Positions 1 through 13,270 are shown, counted from the stretch's first letter. The stretch: 64,000 nt of DNA from Isurus oxyrinchus (GCA_026770705.1 JANJGN010000041.1:1302001-1366000); one strand, 5' to 3'. Notes: a model not told the origin generated them from the letters alone. Numbers and translations: made by a program.

Positions 1-1480
1 GCTCTTCAGTCCTACAGATACAGTAAATCATTTATTGTTTGGTGAGCGATAAGATTTTATACTAAATTCATGGAGATGAATTTAATATTTTTTTCTTTAT
101 CTTCCAAATAATAAAAACACATTAAAACCACTTCCAAAACATTTGGGATTATATTTCTTGCTCTCTAATCTACAGAGGCGATTGCAGCATCCATATAATT
201 TTGCGAGATGAAGTTTAATGCATTTATTATATCTAAAACCAGCTCTTTCAAAACTCTTGGATTTCGTTAACTTTCAGTCCCGTTGAGTTCTTCAGTATGA
301 AACATTCTTTTCTTCAGATTCACATTCTCACCAGTCCCTTGTTGTCTCCTATTTCTGAGATTGTTATTTCTCCCTTCCTCCATGAAGAGAGACAAAAAGA
401 TATGGCTATTTTCCATTCTGTTTCCTTTTTCCCCGTTATAAATTCTTCTTTCACTTCCTGCTATTTTCACGGTTATTATTTTCCTTTCCCATGCAACCAT
501 TGAATTGTGCTCATTGTTCTCGACAATGTAGCTTCAAACTTGATTTTCTCTTTTTATCACTTTTTTTTTGCCTTTCGTTCCCCTTTGCCGAATTCTAAAT
601 ATCTTCCAATGCTTAGGGTTATTACTTATTTCTCAAAGTTATGCTCCTCTTCCTTTTATTTAAAAGAATAAATAAGGACTATTATTTGCCTTGGATGGAT
701 TAGGTTTCTTGCTGTGATTTCCTGTACCTCAAATCAATGTTTAGTTTTTGTAAACAAGTAATTTATTGTTTAAATCGATCTTTAAAACCATTCCTTGTCT
801 ACCGTCATATATTTTAACGTAATTCTCCATATGCAACAGTAAATTGTCGCTTATACCTTCGTAGTTCTCAATGGTTTGACTTATGACCCTTGTTCCGGCT
901 TGCATTACATCACTTTATACGCAAATATACAATTTTATCATATTATTGTCACGCTCTCTTAATGCTCTTTTCTAACAAGAATATTAATTAGCCATTACTC
1001 AATGCAAAAACCAGAGGTGAACTCTCCATTCCATAATTAGTTCCACAAAGCACTGTTCCAGCCCACTAAATCCTTATATTGCCGTCTCTCATCATTACTG
1101 CATTATTTTGTTACATGCATCACTATTTTCCTTTTCTATACCTCTCCCTCCATTAGCAATACTGTTTGGTGCCTCCCATTCCCACCATACTTCTCCCCCT
1201 TTTTTTTTTGCTGCACCCAAACTGTTTCTGCTTCTTGTTATTAAGATCTAAGATCCACTCATCATTGTACCTCATCCTTTATTAACAACGCTTCCCACCT
1301 TCCTTATTTTTTGCCCATTCTTGCAAAGTGTTGAAAACCCATGAGCAATCAATTCCAAGGCTTGATCACCTGCAGTTAGATCTCCGAAAAGGCAAAGAAA
1401 AATAGCATACCTGTTTACTTCTATTTGCAATGTCATTCGTCTACATTGCTGGGAATGTTGTGTGCATTCATGTAGAGTGC
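1..1480 (-). mobile_element. Degraded CR1-type LINE, ORF2 fragments
   Basis: The minus strand near 370-420 reads across a frameshift as EWKIAISF..LFMEEGRNN, resembling the CR1 RT motif DWKxANVTPLFKKG. It is similar to other CR1 remnants in the window (28-31 kb, 43.3-44.9 kb) and has many stops. Confidence 0.6.
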
Positions 1481-1599
1481 ATTTAGTTATGTTTTTTTTA
1501 ATTAATTTCACAACCTATTGCTGTATCTGCTTGTGTGCTCGAAATTTAGTGTGCCCTGTCCATCCCTACAACAATCAGAATTTTGAACCAATACAATAA

Positions 1600-2215
1600 T
1601 GAGCTTCTAAAGAGTAAATATTTAAACTCAGACGAATGGATCCATTCGAAAAATGACATTTTGTGTCCCAATTAATAACGGAATTCCATGTAACATCTAA
1701 ATTACGACATGTAAAAAACATTTTAAAACTGATATATCTTTAAATACTCATTAGGTGAATTGTTTTAAAGTATTCTATAACTGACATTTCTTAAATGATG
1801 TGCAACTCAATTTTTTGAAAGACAACGTGAGTGATGTTTCTGAAACAATTCATGAATGGCAATTTCCAAAACATGAGCTTTTGCTGACTATTTTTTCCAA
1901 AGACTTATTTTTGAAAAGAAACGCATAATTGGCTTCTTGAAAAATTAAGTAACTGATATTTTCGTTACAGACTTTAAATGGTGTTTCCAGAAATGCCACA
2001 TTACTTTTTTACAAATAAACTATAACTCATTTTTTGGAAAACAATCCATTACTATTTCTTAAACAATCTAAAATTGATATTTTTTGGAAATAATATGACC
2101 TCCTTGAAGCATTAAACAGCGCATATTTCTGAAGCATTCGGTGACTGACATTCTCTAACTGACATTTCTGAAAGATTGTAACACTGACCTTTGTTCAAAC
2201 ACCCGGAAACTGTCA
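1600..2215. repeat. AT-rich degenerate minisatellite (~25-30 bp unit, core aactgacatttctgaaa)
   Basis: Recurring variants aactgatatatcttt, aactgacatttcttaaa, aactgatattttcg and aactgacatttctgaaa. Confidence 0.6.
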
Positions 2216-2221
2216 CCATTT

Positions 2222-3258
2222 AAAACAAAAAATGAAATAAATATACCTGCAAAAAGTCAGCAGGTCTGGCAGCATCTGCAGAGAGGAAAATAATTAACGT
2301 TTCGAGTCCGTATGACTCTTCAGCAGAACTTATAAAAAATAGAAAAGAGGTTAATTATAAGCTGGTAATAAGGGGGACAGTGTAGAGCTGTATACAGAGC
2401 AAGTGATAGGTGGCGATAGCCAAGTGATGACATCGACATAAGGACAAAGAAGTGTTGAAGGCGGTGATATTATCTAAGGAATGTGCCAATTAAGGATAGA
2501 AATCAGGACAATCAAGGTACAGGTAGCCCTTGTGGGGGCGGGCTGGGGTGAAGGGAAGGGATCGAAACAGGTAGAGATTAAACAATGGATGAAAATGCGT
2601 TTAAAAATAAAGGAAATAGGTGGGAAAAGAATTTTTTTAATAAACTATTCGGAAAAAGAGGGGGGGAAGGGGGGGCGATGGTTGGGATCGGAAAGGGGTG
2701 GGGATGGAGTAGAGAGTTCCGGACCTTAAATTGTTGAACTCAGTATTCAGTCTGGAAGGCTGTAAAGTGTCACGTCTAAAGATGAAGTGCTGTTCCTCCA
2801 GTTTGCGTTGAGCTTCACTGGAACAATGCACCAGTCAAACGACGGACATCTGGTCATGAGCGCAGGGTGGAGTTTGGAAATATCAAGTGACAGTAAGGTC
2901 GGGTCATGCATGCGGGCAGACCAAAGGTGTGCTGAAAAACGGTCACCCAGTCAGCTTTTGTCCCTCCAATGCAGAGGAAACCTGCACTTGAGCAACAAAT
3001 GCAGTAGATTAATGCAGTAGGCAGCCTTCCGCAGGGATATTTCCCTTCGGGATACCCTGGACCACTCCTCCATCACCCCCTACACCTCAGCCCCCTCCCA
3101 CGGTACGTTCACATGCAACCACAGAAGTTGCAACACCTGCCCCTTCACTTACTCTCTCCTCAGCGTCCAAGGGCTAAAACAATCCTTCCCATGGAAGCAA
3201 CATTTCACCTGCACTTCCCTCCATTTTGTCTAATGGATTCGTTTCTCCCAAGTCCATT
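2222..3258 (-). mobile_element. Penelope-like element remnant: pLTR, GIY-YIG C-terminus and an inverted 5' segment
   Basis: ORF 2637-2831(-) HCSSEAQRKLEEQHFIFRRDTLQPSRLNTEFNN is a typical PLE GIY-YIG C-terminus. 3020-3258 reads on + as AFRRDISLRDTLDHS...TFTCNHRSCNTC...KQHFTCTS. The terminal repeat at 2225-2335 is shared with other copies. Confidence 0.85.
2292..2330 (-). ncRNA. Minimal type I hammerhead-ribozyme-like motif in Penelope pLTR (degenerate core)
   Basis: Minus strand agtt-CTGCTGA-a-gagtc-atacg-gactc-GAAA-c-GTT-aatt matches the layout stem I / CUGANGA / stem II / GAAA / NUH, with one core mismatch. Confidence 0.5.
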
Positions 3259-4230
3259 TTGGTCGAGGCTCTGGTAAGAGGAATTGAAAAGCGGTGCGGG
3301 TTGGTGAGGAAATTAGGAAGCTTTTCGGCAGGTCAAGAGCCACCAGTGTGGGGGGACAGTTAGGATGTTTGGGGGAGGTATTGCAGTGGAGTGAAGTGTA
3401 GATAGGGGCTAGTGGGGTGGACGGAGCCTCGATAAAAAAATAAAAGAACTACCGATGGTGAACATAGAGCCAGCAACGAATACCAGGAATAATTTATAGG
3501 TACCTGGCTGAAACTTCCTCAACCACCCTGCATTTGTCCCTAAATCATATCGACTGCAGTGTTTCAGGAAGCCGGCTGACCACCAGGTTCCCATGGGCAA
3601 TTAGTTATTATCAATCTAATAAGTGATCCTACCCAGCATCGCTAACGCTGCATGACTGAGAAAACATTAATAGGCTCGCTAACGTGTTCACATATTTGAT
3701 TCTGTATATTTATCTGTGTGTATATTTTGACAGTCAGGAGTTGACTATTTGTGCTTTGATCCCACAGACAGAGAGGGAACTGGTGCTTTATATTCAGTGG
3801 CAGCTCATTCTCCAGACCTTGCTGAACGGTGCAAGATAGGAAAGCGAATGGTGACTGCGCAGTTCCTTTTCGGAACGAAATATTTAAGAAAAATACAACG
3901 TATTAAAATTAGAAATATTTACCTCTCCGTGCAAATTTATAATACATGACAGAAGGAAACTGAAATGAAGATGGAGAATGAGAACGCAAAAGGAGGATGA
4001 AATAAACATTGCAAGAAAAGAAACGAGTGAGACAGAGCAAGAGAAAATCATCGAGACATAGAGAGTGAGTGAACGAACAGGGAGAGACAGGGCAGAGGGG
4101 GAGATGCAGAGAGAGAGAGAGCGAGAGATTACGAGAGAGAGAGGATGTACTGATAGATATAGAGGCAGAGAGACTGATCTGGAACCGGACAGAGAAATAA
4201 AAGGACGGGGAACATATCCACTTGTTCTCC
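3255..4230 (-). other. Paralogous block A (inverted copy at 39870-40940), containing an exon-like remnant at 3761-3865
   Basis: Reverse-complement similarity, e.g. cgttcagcaaggt...aatgag.tgcc.ctgaatat.aagca, ccagtgtggggg and tcgaggctctgg occur in both blocks. Confidence 0.8.
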
Positions 4231-4607
4231 CTATCTATACTGCAAAGCGCATCCTTAATAAGCTTCAATAGATTTGTCAGAAGTGACCTCGCTTTGATCA
4301 GTTGACTTTGAACCTGCCAAATCAGATAATTTCCTACATAACCTGTAATCGAACCCTTTATAATAGTTTCAAACAATTTCCCGAGTACTGAATTCAAACA
4401 CTGAAGGTTCATTTCTGCCTCCCGTCATAAATACTGGTGTTACATTGCCTACTTCACATCCGGTAATTTTAACCTTCACAACTATCAGTCATCACCCTCC
4501 CCACCACACGCAGTTTTGTGGCTGAAAAACTTTCTTCACCATGTGATTGAGCCACAGGGAATATTTGATCAGAAAGTTTTATCAGTTTCTCCTTCTCTCT
4601 ACTCCAG

Positions 4608-5512
4608 TTGCATTACTGGGGATGGGCATCCTGTACCGGGGTAAGTGTGGCATCACTACCTTCACCACTCGATACCTGGTGGCTATAGGAACGGCAAATC
4701 TTCTGTTCATTATCACTGACGTCATAATGAACCACATCAAATTTTATTATTTTTCAGTACGCTACATGAGCATCACCCCTCTGTGTAGTGTTCAAGCTAT
4801 TCTGATGGGTGCGGCCAGAGACTGTTCTGTCTGGTTCACCGTCGCTTTCTTCTTTGATTGATTTGTGACCATCTGTTGCCAGAAGCTGAAAACAAAATAT
4901 TGCACCCGGAAAACTGCGGCGGTGTTTGCAGCAATAATCTGCGTTCCGTTCTATTTAAAGAACATCCCCAGGTACTTTACATTTGACCATGAACTGATAA
5001 TCAACAATGTGTCTTTATTATGCATTACAAAGGTAAACACTGTAACTGAAAACGGATGGCTGGCATGTACCTGGCTTGATAAAGTTTTAACCCCATTGCT
5101 CCCAATCACATTAATTCTGTTGCTCAACACACTGACCGTCGGACGGATTTTAGTGAGCTGTCGAGCCCGTAAGGTGCTGAGGGGTGAGAGTAAGGGAGAG
5201 AAGCGCAGTGACCCAGAGATGGAGAACAGAAGGACGTCTGTGATTTTACTCTTCACGATACCCGACAGCTTCATTCTCCTGTGGTTGCTGACTGTTAAAT
5301 TATTCTTGTATTCTAAAATTAGTGGACTTGTTTTTACCACCCAACCTGAGATAGTTTTTCAATACATTGGATGGATGTTGCGTAATTTAAATTGCTGCAC
5401 AAACACATTAATTTATGTGGTGACTCAGTCAAAATTCTGAGAGCAGATCAAGAGTTCTGTGAATTATCCGGTACCATCAATTATACAATTAATGAATGTA
5501 CAGAGGAGCTGA
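4608..5512 (+). pseudogene. GPR139-like class A GPCR pseudogene (main coding exon)
   Basis: Acceptor tttctccttctctctactccag ends at 4607. Translation ..ILYRGKCGITTFTTRYLVAIGTANLL..DCSVWFTVAFFFD*FVTICCQKLKTKYCT..DPEMENRRTSVILLF..NCCTNTLIYVVTQSKF*EQ. In-frame TGA at 4859-4861 (the R of DRF) and 5438-5440. No exon 1 seen in the window. Confidence 0.9.
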
Positions 5513-5669
5513 TAAAAAAGTCCAGAGGTCGCTCCCAATGTCTCCAGTCCAGTAATGGAACTCCCAATTCATGACCGGCAAATAGCAGAGAGACATTGGC
5601 TAAGAGATAAAGGCTGGGAGAGGGAAACTAAAATTCCACCTGTCCAGGATCTATTCTCATCAGAGAGGC

Positions 5670-6250
5670 GAATTCGATGAATGACAGCTGCATCTGCCAA
5701 TCAGGAATCAACTTCTGTTGATTCACTGCTGCCCACACAAATCAGTGAGATCTACTTGGTGATTGGCTGTTGCATCGACAAATTAGCCAATTCAACAGTT
5801 CACCCACAGCTGCCAATTTGTGATCTCACCTCGTGAATGACAATATATCAGCCAAGCTGGTAAACCAACCAGGTGACGTATATCATTTCAGCCAATCGGC
5901 AAGATAGCAGCCTGGCAGACAGCTGCATTCACCAAACAGGGAAACATTCTTGTTAATTAACAGCGACCTCTGTAAATGATCAACCTCCGACTGGGGAAAG
6001 ACAGAGATTTCATCCAATCAGGCAGCATCACCTTGTGACTGAGAGTACCTCTCAACAATCAGAGAGTTCCGCGCGGTAAATGCAATGGCCTCTTTTATTC
6101 AGGAACTCCTGTATGGACAAAGCAGAGCTACAGAGATGTGACTGTCATCTCAAATAACTAATCGAAATTTATGAAAGAACGATCATCATCCACAATCCTT
6201 AACGGAAACTTTGCACTGTCCGACTCACAGTTGCCTTATCCAATCACAGA
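5670..6250. repeat. Degenerate ~40-45 bp tandem repeat rich in CCAATC
   Basis: Repeated gacagctgcat...ccaatcagg variants. Confidence 0.5.
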
Positions 6251-8910
6251 TGGAGTAACAGGCACGGCCCGCGCTCTGACAATTGATTAGCAGGTCCCGG
6301 ATCCGCTCTGACAATGAAGGAACAGGCCCCGCCTCCACTCTAATATTGTGGTCACAGGTCCCACCTCAGCTCTGTCAAAAGGGCATCAGACCCGCCCCCG
6401 AACTGGCAAAACATCAGCAGGCCCCTCCTCCACTCTGACAATTTTTGCAAAACTCACCGCGCCAGCTCGGAGAATGCATCAACAGGCTCCGCCTCCACTC
6501 TGACAGTGTAGTATTAGGCAACACCCCCTCTCTGACAACAAAGTAGAAGATCATGCCTCCCCTCTGAAAATCTAGGAACAGGCCATGGCTCTGGTTCAAC
6601 AATGGAGCAACAGGACCCGCTGCAGTTTCGAAAATGGATCAAAAGGCCGCAGCTCTGCTCTGAGAACAGGCCCCACATCCGCTCCGACCATGGAGCACCT
6701 GGCCCAGCATCGAATCTGACAAAGGAGCAACAGGCTCTTGCCCTGCTCTGACAATGGAGGAAAAAGCTCTGCTCTGCCTCTGACAATGGAGCAACAGGCC
6801 TCGCTCAAGCGCTCTCGGTGGATAAACATGTTCCGCCGTGGCTCTGATGAAAGAGCAGTGGGCGCAGCCCCGGTTCTGACTATCGGTCAACATAAAGTAT
6901 GACAATGGACTAACAGACCTCACTCCTTCTCTGACAACGGAGCAACAGGACCTGCCTCCTCCCTGACAATGGAGTAACAAGAATCCCTCCCGCTCTGAAA
7001 ATGGAGTAACAGGCAAAGCCCCCGCTCTGACAAGTAATCAACAGGTCCCACCTCCTCTCTGAAAATGTAGCAATAGAAACCGCCCCTGCTCTGTCAAAGG
7101 AGCAACAGGCCCCACCTCCGCTATGAGAAGAAGGAATAGGCACCGAGTAGGCTCCGAGCAGGGAGCAGCTGGCCCAGCCTCAGGTCTGACAATGGAGCAA
7201 CAGGACCCGCCCCCGTGCTGTGAATGGAGGAAAAGGCACTGCATCGCTCTCAAAATGGATCATTGGATCCCGCATCTGCTATGACAATGGAATAACAGTC
7301 CCTGCTCCTGCTCTGTACCTGGAGCAACAGGCCCTGCCTCCTCTCTGACAATGTAGCAACAGGTCCCGCCCCAGCTCTGTAAAAAGAGCATGAGGCCCCA
7401 CGCCTGTTCTTACTAAAGAGCGTCGGGCGCAGCCTCGGCTCTGACAATGAATCAATAAATGCCACCTCCGCTATGACAATGCAGAAAACAGACTCCTCTC
7501 ACTCTCTGACAATGGAGCAACAGGCCCTGCCTCCGATCTGACAATGGAGGAACAAGCCCAGCCCCCTCTCTGACAATGAAGTAACAGGCCATGCCTCTGC
7601 TCAGACAATTGATCATCAGGCCTCTCCTCCGCTGTGACAATGGAGTAACTCGCCACGCCTCTGCTCTTTCAATTGATCAACAGGCCACGCCCCGACTCTG
7701 ACAATGGAGTAACAGCCACAAACCCCGCTCTGATAATTGATCAACAGGCCACGCCTCCGCTCTGACATTGGGGTATCAGGCACTGCCACCAATCTGGCAA
7801 TTGTTCAGTTGGACCCGCCTCTGCTCTGACAGTAAAGGAACAGTTCCTGCTCCCGGGCTGACAATGAAGGAACAGGCTCTGCCTCCCCACTCAGAATTTA
7901 GCAATAGGTCCCGCCCCAGCTCTGTCAAAAGAGCATGAGTCCCCACCCCCGCACTGGCAGAAGATCAACAGGCCCAGCCTGCACTCTGGCAATGGAACAA
8001 ATTGCCCCACGACAGACTTCACAATGCATCAACAAACCCCACCTCGGCTCTGACAATGAAATATCAGGCAACACGCACTCTCTGACAACGCAATAACAGG
8101 CTATGCCTCCACTCTGATAATCCAGGTAAAGGCCCCGCCTCCGCTTCGAAAATGGAGCAACAGGCCCAGCCTCGAGAATGACAATGGAGCAAAAGAACCA
8201 TCCCCCACCCTGACAATGGAGTAACAGGCCTCGCCCAAGCTCCCTCATTGGATCAAAATGTCCCGCTCCCGCTCTGACAAATGAGCATCAAGCCCCACCC
8301 CTGTTCTGTCCAAAGACCATCGAGCTCAGCCCCAGCTCTGACAGTGGATTAATTGACGCCGCCCCCGCTATGTCAATGAAGTAACAGTCCCCGCTCCCGC
8401 TCTGCCAATGGAGCAAGTGGCCCTGCCTCCCTCCCTTCTGACAATGTAGCAATGGGTCCCGCCCCCGATCTGTCAAAAGAGCATCAGGCCCTGCACCCGC
8501 AGTGGCAAAAGAGCAACAGGCCCCACCTCCGCGCTCGCAATGAAGGAATAGGCCCCGCCCCCGCAGCGGCGAAAGAGCAACAGGCCCCGCCCCCGCAGTA
8601 GCAAAAGAGCAAAAGACCTCGACTCCACTCTGACAATCCACTCTGGCATTGGACTCGAACGGGCAATGGATAAACAGGCCCTGATCCCTGGCTGACAATG
8701 GGGTAACAGGCACAGGCCGCGCTCAGGCAGTGGATAAACAGGCCCCGCCTCCGCTTTGACAATGAAGGAACAGGCCCCGCCGCCACAGCGGCAAAGGAGG
8801 ATCATGTCCCGTCCCTGCTCTGAGAAAAGAACATCGGGCGCAGCCAAGGCTCTGACAATGGATCAAAAGATCCCGCCTCAGCTATGACAATGGAGTAACA
8901 GAACCCGCTC
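6250..8910. repeat. GC-rich satellite, ~31-32 bp unit (ctctgacaatggagcaacaggccccgcctccg)
   Basis: Dozens of consecutive diverged copies; it accounts for the many Cys/Gly-rich minus-strand ORFs here. Confidence 0.95.
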
Positions 8911-8929
8911 AGCTTTCATCATGTGTCAT

Positions 8930-9085
8930 GACAGCACGCCTTCAGTACTGAGACTCCGACATTGCGGCACTCGCTCAGTACTGACCCTCCGACGGTGCAG
9001 CACTCCCTCATTACTGACCCTCTGACATTGCAACACCGCCTCAGCAGCCACCAGGTGACAGTGCAGTGCTCCCTCAGTACTGTCC
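8930..9085. repeat. Short array of 33-bp satellite (gacagtgcagcactccctcagtactgaccctcc)
   Basis: About 4-5 copies; the unit resembles part of the SINE at 50.8-51.2 kb. Confidence 0.8.
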
Positions 9086-9139
9086 AGTGATGACTTCAGA
9101 AAGCCATATTGAAAAACCAGGGATTTGTATTAAAAGCAT

Positions 9140-12100
9140 TTCTCCTCTAGTTGCACATTGACCTCAATCACACCATGTTATGAAATGCATTCGTAATCTA
9201 CTTGAACGCTGCATTGCGCTCTCTCCAACTGTATTTGTTTAACTGGATTAGTCCTTAATTTGCACACTGTATCCCTCCCTCACTCTCTAATGTATTACTT
9301 GTATTACCATTCTATTTGTACACTGGGTTGCTCTCTCTCTCTCTCTCCAATTATATAATTGCTTCCAACTTCTATTTGCAGACTGGGTTGCTCTCTCTTT
9401 CATTTGTTAATTATATTCTTCTTCTATTTGTGACCTGTTCTTCTTTGCTTTTCTTCCTAATTGCTCAATTGCATTCGTCCTCTCGTTGGGAACATCTTTG
9501 CTCTCAATCTCTCACTATTAATTGAATTCCTCCTACATTTGCACACTGGGTTCCCTCATTCTCTGTCCATCATATATCAATAATATTCCTCCTCTCTTTG
9601 CACAATGGGCTTCTTTCTCACTCTTAGTTATTAATTGCATTCCGTGTGTATTTGCACACGGGCTTGCCCCCTCTATCTCTCTCATTTATTATTTGTATTA
9701 CTTTTCTATTTGCACACTGTATTTTTCTCTCTCTCTCTCCCAGATTTTTAAATTACATTCATCTATTTGCACATTGATTTGCTCTCTCTCTATCTAATTT
9801 ATTAATTGTATTTCTCTTCTATTAGGACACTGCTCCTCTCTAATTGAAAATTTACATTGCTTCTGTCTTTGCACAGTGGGTTGTTGTTCTCTCGTTTTCT
9901 CTCTAATTTATGAATCACATTGCTACTTTAATTGCACACTGTGTTGCTCTCGCTAATTTGTTAATTACAGTTCTCCCCTTTTTGCACACATTTCTCTGTC
10001 TACTTTTTTATTCACAATCCTCCTCCATTTTCACACTGTGTTGTTTTATTTCTAATTTATTAATTGCATTCCCCCTCTATTTGCACACTTGTTTGCTCTC
10101 TTTCCAATTGATAAATGATATTCTTCCTCCATTTTCACACTGGGCTGTTCTCTATCTCTATCTAATTTAGTCATCGCATTCTCCCCTATTTGAACAATAT
10201 TTTGCCCTCTATCTAGTCCGCTATTTGGATTCCTCTTCCATTTGCACATTGGTTTGATCTCTCTCTCTCTCTCTCAAGTTTATAAATACATTATTCCTCC
10301 GTTGCACACTTGCTTGCTCCATCTCACTCGCTAATTTATTATAGGCATTCCTGCTCTATTTTGAAAAAGGCTGGCTCCCTCTCTCACTTTCTCTCTCTCA
10401 AACTTATAAATTACATTCCTTCTCTATATGCACACTGGTGTGCTCTATCCCTCGCTAACTAATTTTTTAATAGTAGTTCTCTTCCATTTGCACAATGGTT
10501 AGCTGTCTCTCTCTTTATCTAATTCATAAAATACATGGATCCTCTCTTTTCATACTGGGTTCCTGCCTTGCTCTCTCTAATTTATTAATCACGTCCCACC
10601 TCTAATTGCACACTGTCCAGCTGACTCTCTAATTTATGAATTACAAACTTCTTCTGTTTGCAAACATGGTTGCTCTCTCTCTCTTTCTCTCTTTCTAAAT
10701 TTTTTCAAGTTACAAACATCCTCTATTTGCACACCATGTTGTTCTCTTTCTAATTTATTAATTGCAATCCCCTTCTCTTTTCATGCTGGTTTGTTCTCTC
10801 TGTAATTTATTAATTGCATCCCCCCTCTATTGGCACACTGGGTTGTTCTCTCTCGAATTTATTAATTGCAATCCCCCTCTATTTGCACGCTGGGTTGTTT
10901 TCTCTCTAATTTCCTAATTGCATCCCCCCTCTATTTTCACGCTGGATTGTTCTCTGTGTAATTTATTAATTGCATCCCGCTTCTATTTGCACACTGGGCT
11001 ACTGTCTCTCACATTTATAAATTACTTTCCTCCTCCGTTTTCACACTGGTTTGCTCTCTCCCTCCTTCTCTCTCCTTCATTTTTTACTCACATTCCTCCG
11101 CTATTTGCACAATGGGTTGACCTCTCTCCAACCAGCTAATAGGATTCCTCTTCTATTTGTACACCGGTTTGCTATCTCTCTATCTCAAATTTATAAAATG
11201 CATTCCTCCTCTATTAGCACACAGGCTTGCTGCCTTCTCTTATTTATAAATTAACCTGCTTTCCATTTGCACTCGGATTTGCTCTCTCTTTCTCTCTCTC
11301 TCAAATCTATTAATTGTATTCCTCTTCTATTTGCTTACTGGATTGCTTTCTCCCTCAAAATAATAAATTGCATTTGTCCACTGTTTGCACAGTGCGTTGC
11401 CCTCTCTCTAATTTACTAATCACATTCCTCCTCTATTAGCACACCGGTTACCCTCCATTCCATTAATTGCATTCCTCTTCCATTTGAACACTAGGTAGCT
11501 CACTCCAAATTATAAATTGCATTCCTGTATTTGAACAGTGGGCCTTTCTCTCTCTCTCTCTAATTTATTAATTGCATCCATTCCCTTTTGGCACACTGTG
11601 ATGCTCTCTCTACCCCTCTCCATCTCATTTACAAATTACATTACTCCTTTACTCTTGGTTGTTCTCTTTGTCTTTAAATAAATAATTATTTCCATCACTT
11701 TGCAAACTAGATTGCTCTCTTTCGAATTTATTAATTTATTTGCTTCTCTGATTGGACATTGGGTTCCTTTCTCTTTCAAAAATTCATTAATTACTTTCCT
11801 CCTCTTTTTGAACACTGTATTGCTCTCTCCTTCTCGCATTTATTAATTTTGCTTCTCCTCTATTTGCAAACTCTTTTGCTCTCTCTCTTCCTTTAATTTA
11901 TGAACTTCCTTCCTCCTCTATTTGCACAGAAGGTTGCTCTCTTTCTCTCTCCGTAATTTATTGATTCTTTTCCACCTCTGCTTGTGCATAGAGTTGATCT
12001 CTTCCTCTCTTTCTAATTTATTAATTGTATTCTTTCTAGGCTTGCACATTATGAGGCCCTCTGTCTCACACGCTCTAATTCAAAAATTACATTCCCCCTC

Positions 12101-13270
12101 TCATTGCTTACTTTGCTGCTGCCTCTCTCTCTCTCTAATTTATTAACCTATTCCTAATTTTTTGCATACTGGGTGCTGTCTCTGTTATTTATTAATTAAA
12201 TACAAAGAACAAAGAACAAACAAAAGTACAGCACTTTGACAGGTCCTTCGGCCCTCCAAGCCTGCGCTGATCATTTTCCCTGTCAAACAATAATATTTTG
12301 CACTTCCAGAGCTCGTATCCCTATATTCGCAACCTACCTGTGTTTGTCAAGCTGCTTCTTAAACACGACTATCATATGAGCTTCCACCACGTCCTCTGGC
12401 AGCGAATTCTAGACACTCACTGACCTCTGAGTAAAAAACTTGCCCTTCACATCTTCTCTATAGTTTTCTCCTCACACCTTGAATCTATGTCCCCTAGTAA
12501 TTGAATCTTCGACCCAGGGAAGACGGTTCTGACTATCTACTCTGTCCATGCCACTCATAATTTTCTAATCTTCTATCAACTCGCCCCTCAATCTCCGTTG
12601 CTCTAGCGAGATCAAACCGAGGTTTTCCAACCTCACATCATAGCTAATAACGTCAAGACCAGGCAGCATTCTGGTAAACCTCCGCTGCACCATCCATATC
12701 CTGCTGCTAATGTGCAAATAGAGGCGGAATGGTATTAATAAAATAGAGAGGGAGGGAGAGAAACCAGTGTGCAAATAGAGGATAAAAGTAATTTAAAAAT
12801 CCAATCTCCATTGACGCACTGTGTTGCTCGCTCTCTCTCTAATGTATTAATTACACCCCTCCTCTCTTTTCCTGCTGGTTTTCCCTCTCTCTGAAATTTA
12901 TTAATAACACTCCTCCTCTGTTGTCAAACTGGCTTGATCTCTCTCTCTGCTCGGTGATTTAATTATTACATTCGTCCTTAATTTTTAAAAAGGTTTGCTC
13001 TCTCTCTCTCTCTCTCTAAATGATAATTTACATTCCTCGGGCATTTGCACAATGGTTTGGTCCAAGTCTCTCGCTGGTTTATGAATTTCGTTGCCCCCGT
13101 TTATTAAGATAATGGGTTCTCCTCTCTCTCCCTCTCTCCCTGTATTTCTGTACTGATTTTAATGATATCACCCTCTATTTCACACTGGGTTACTGTCTCT
13201 GGAATGGATTAATTAAGTTTTTCCACAATTTGCACATTGGGTTACTCTCTCTTTATTTTTAATGTATTAG
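9140..13270. repeat. Pyrimidine-rich satellite, ~50-60 bp unit (ctaatttattaattgcattcctcctctatttgcacactgggttg(ct)n)
   Basis: Many diverged tandem copies with a variable (CT)n tract; interrupted by a LINE at 12.2-12.7 kb. Confidence 0.95.
12200..12705 (-). mobile_element. CR1 LINE 3' end inserted in the satellite
   Basis: ORF 12565-12774(-) VQRRFTRMLPGLDVISYDVRLENLGLISLEQRRLRGELIE is the CR1 ORF2 C-terminus. A short-repeat tail aaagaacaaagaac lies at ~12204. Confidence 0.9.

Noticed and set aside
4547-5440. Two separate small genes or a read-through receptor (ORFs 4547-4861 and 4865-5440)
   Set aside because: They are halves of one GPCR exon; both TGAs replace conserved Arg codons, consistent with pseudogenisation.
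6250-13270. CRISPR-like array, or Cys/Leu-rich proteins from the many short ORFs
   Set aside because: Units are contiguous degenerate tandem repeats without unique spacers, in a vertebrate context with no cas genes; the ORFs are by-products of the repeats.
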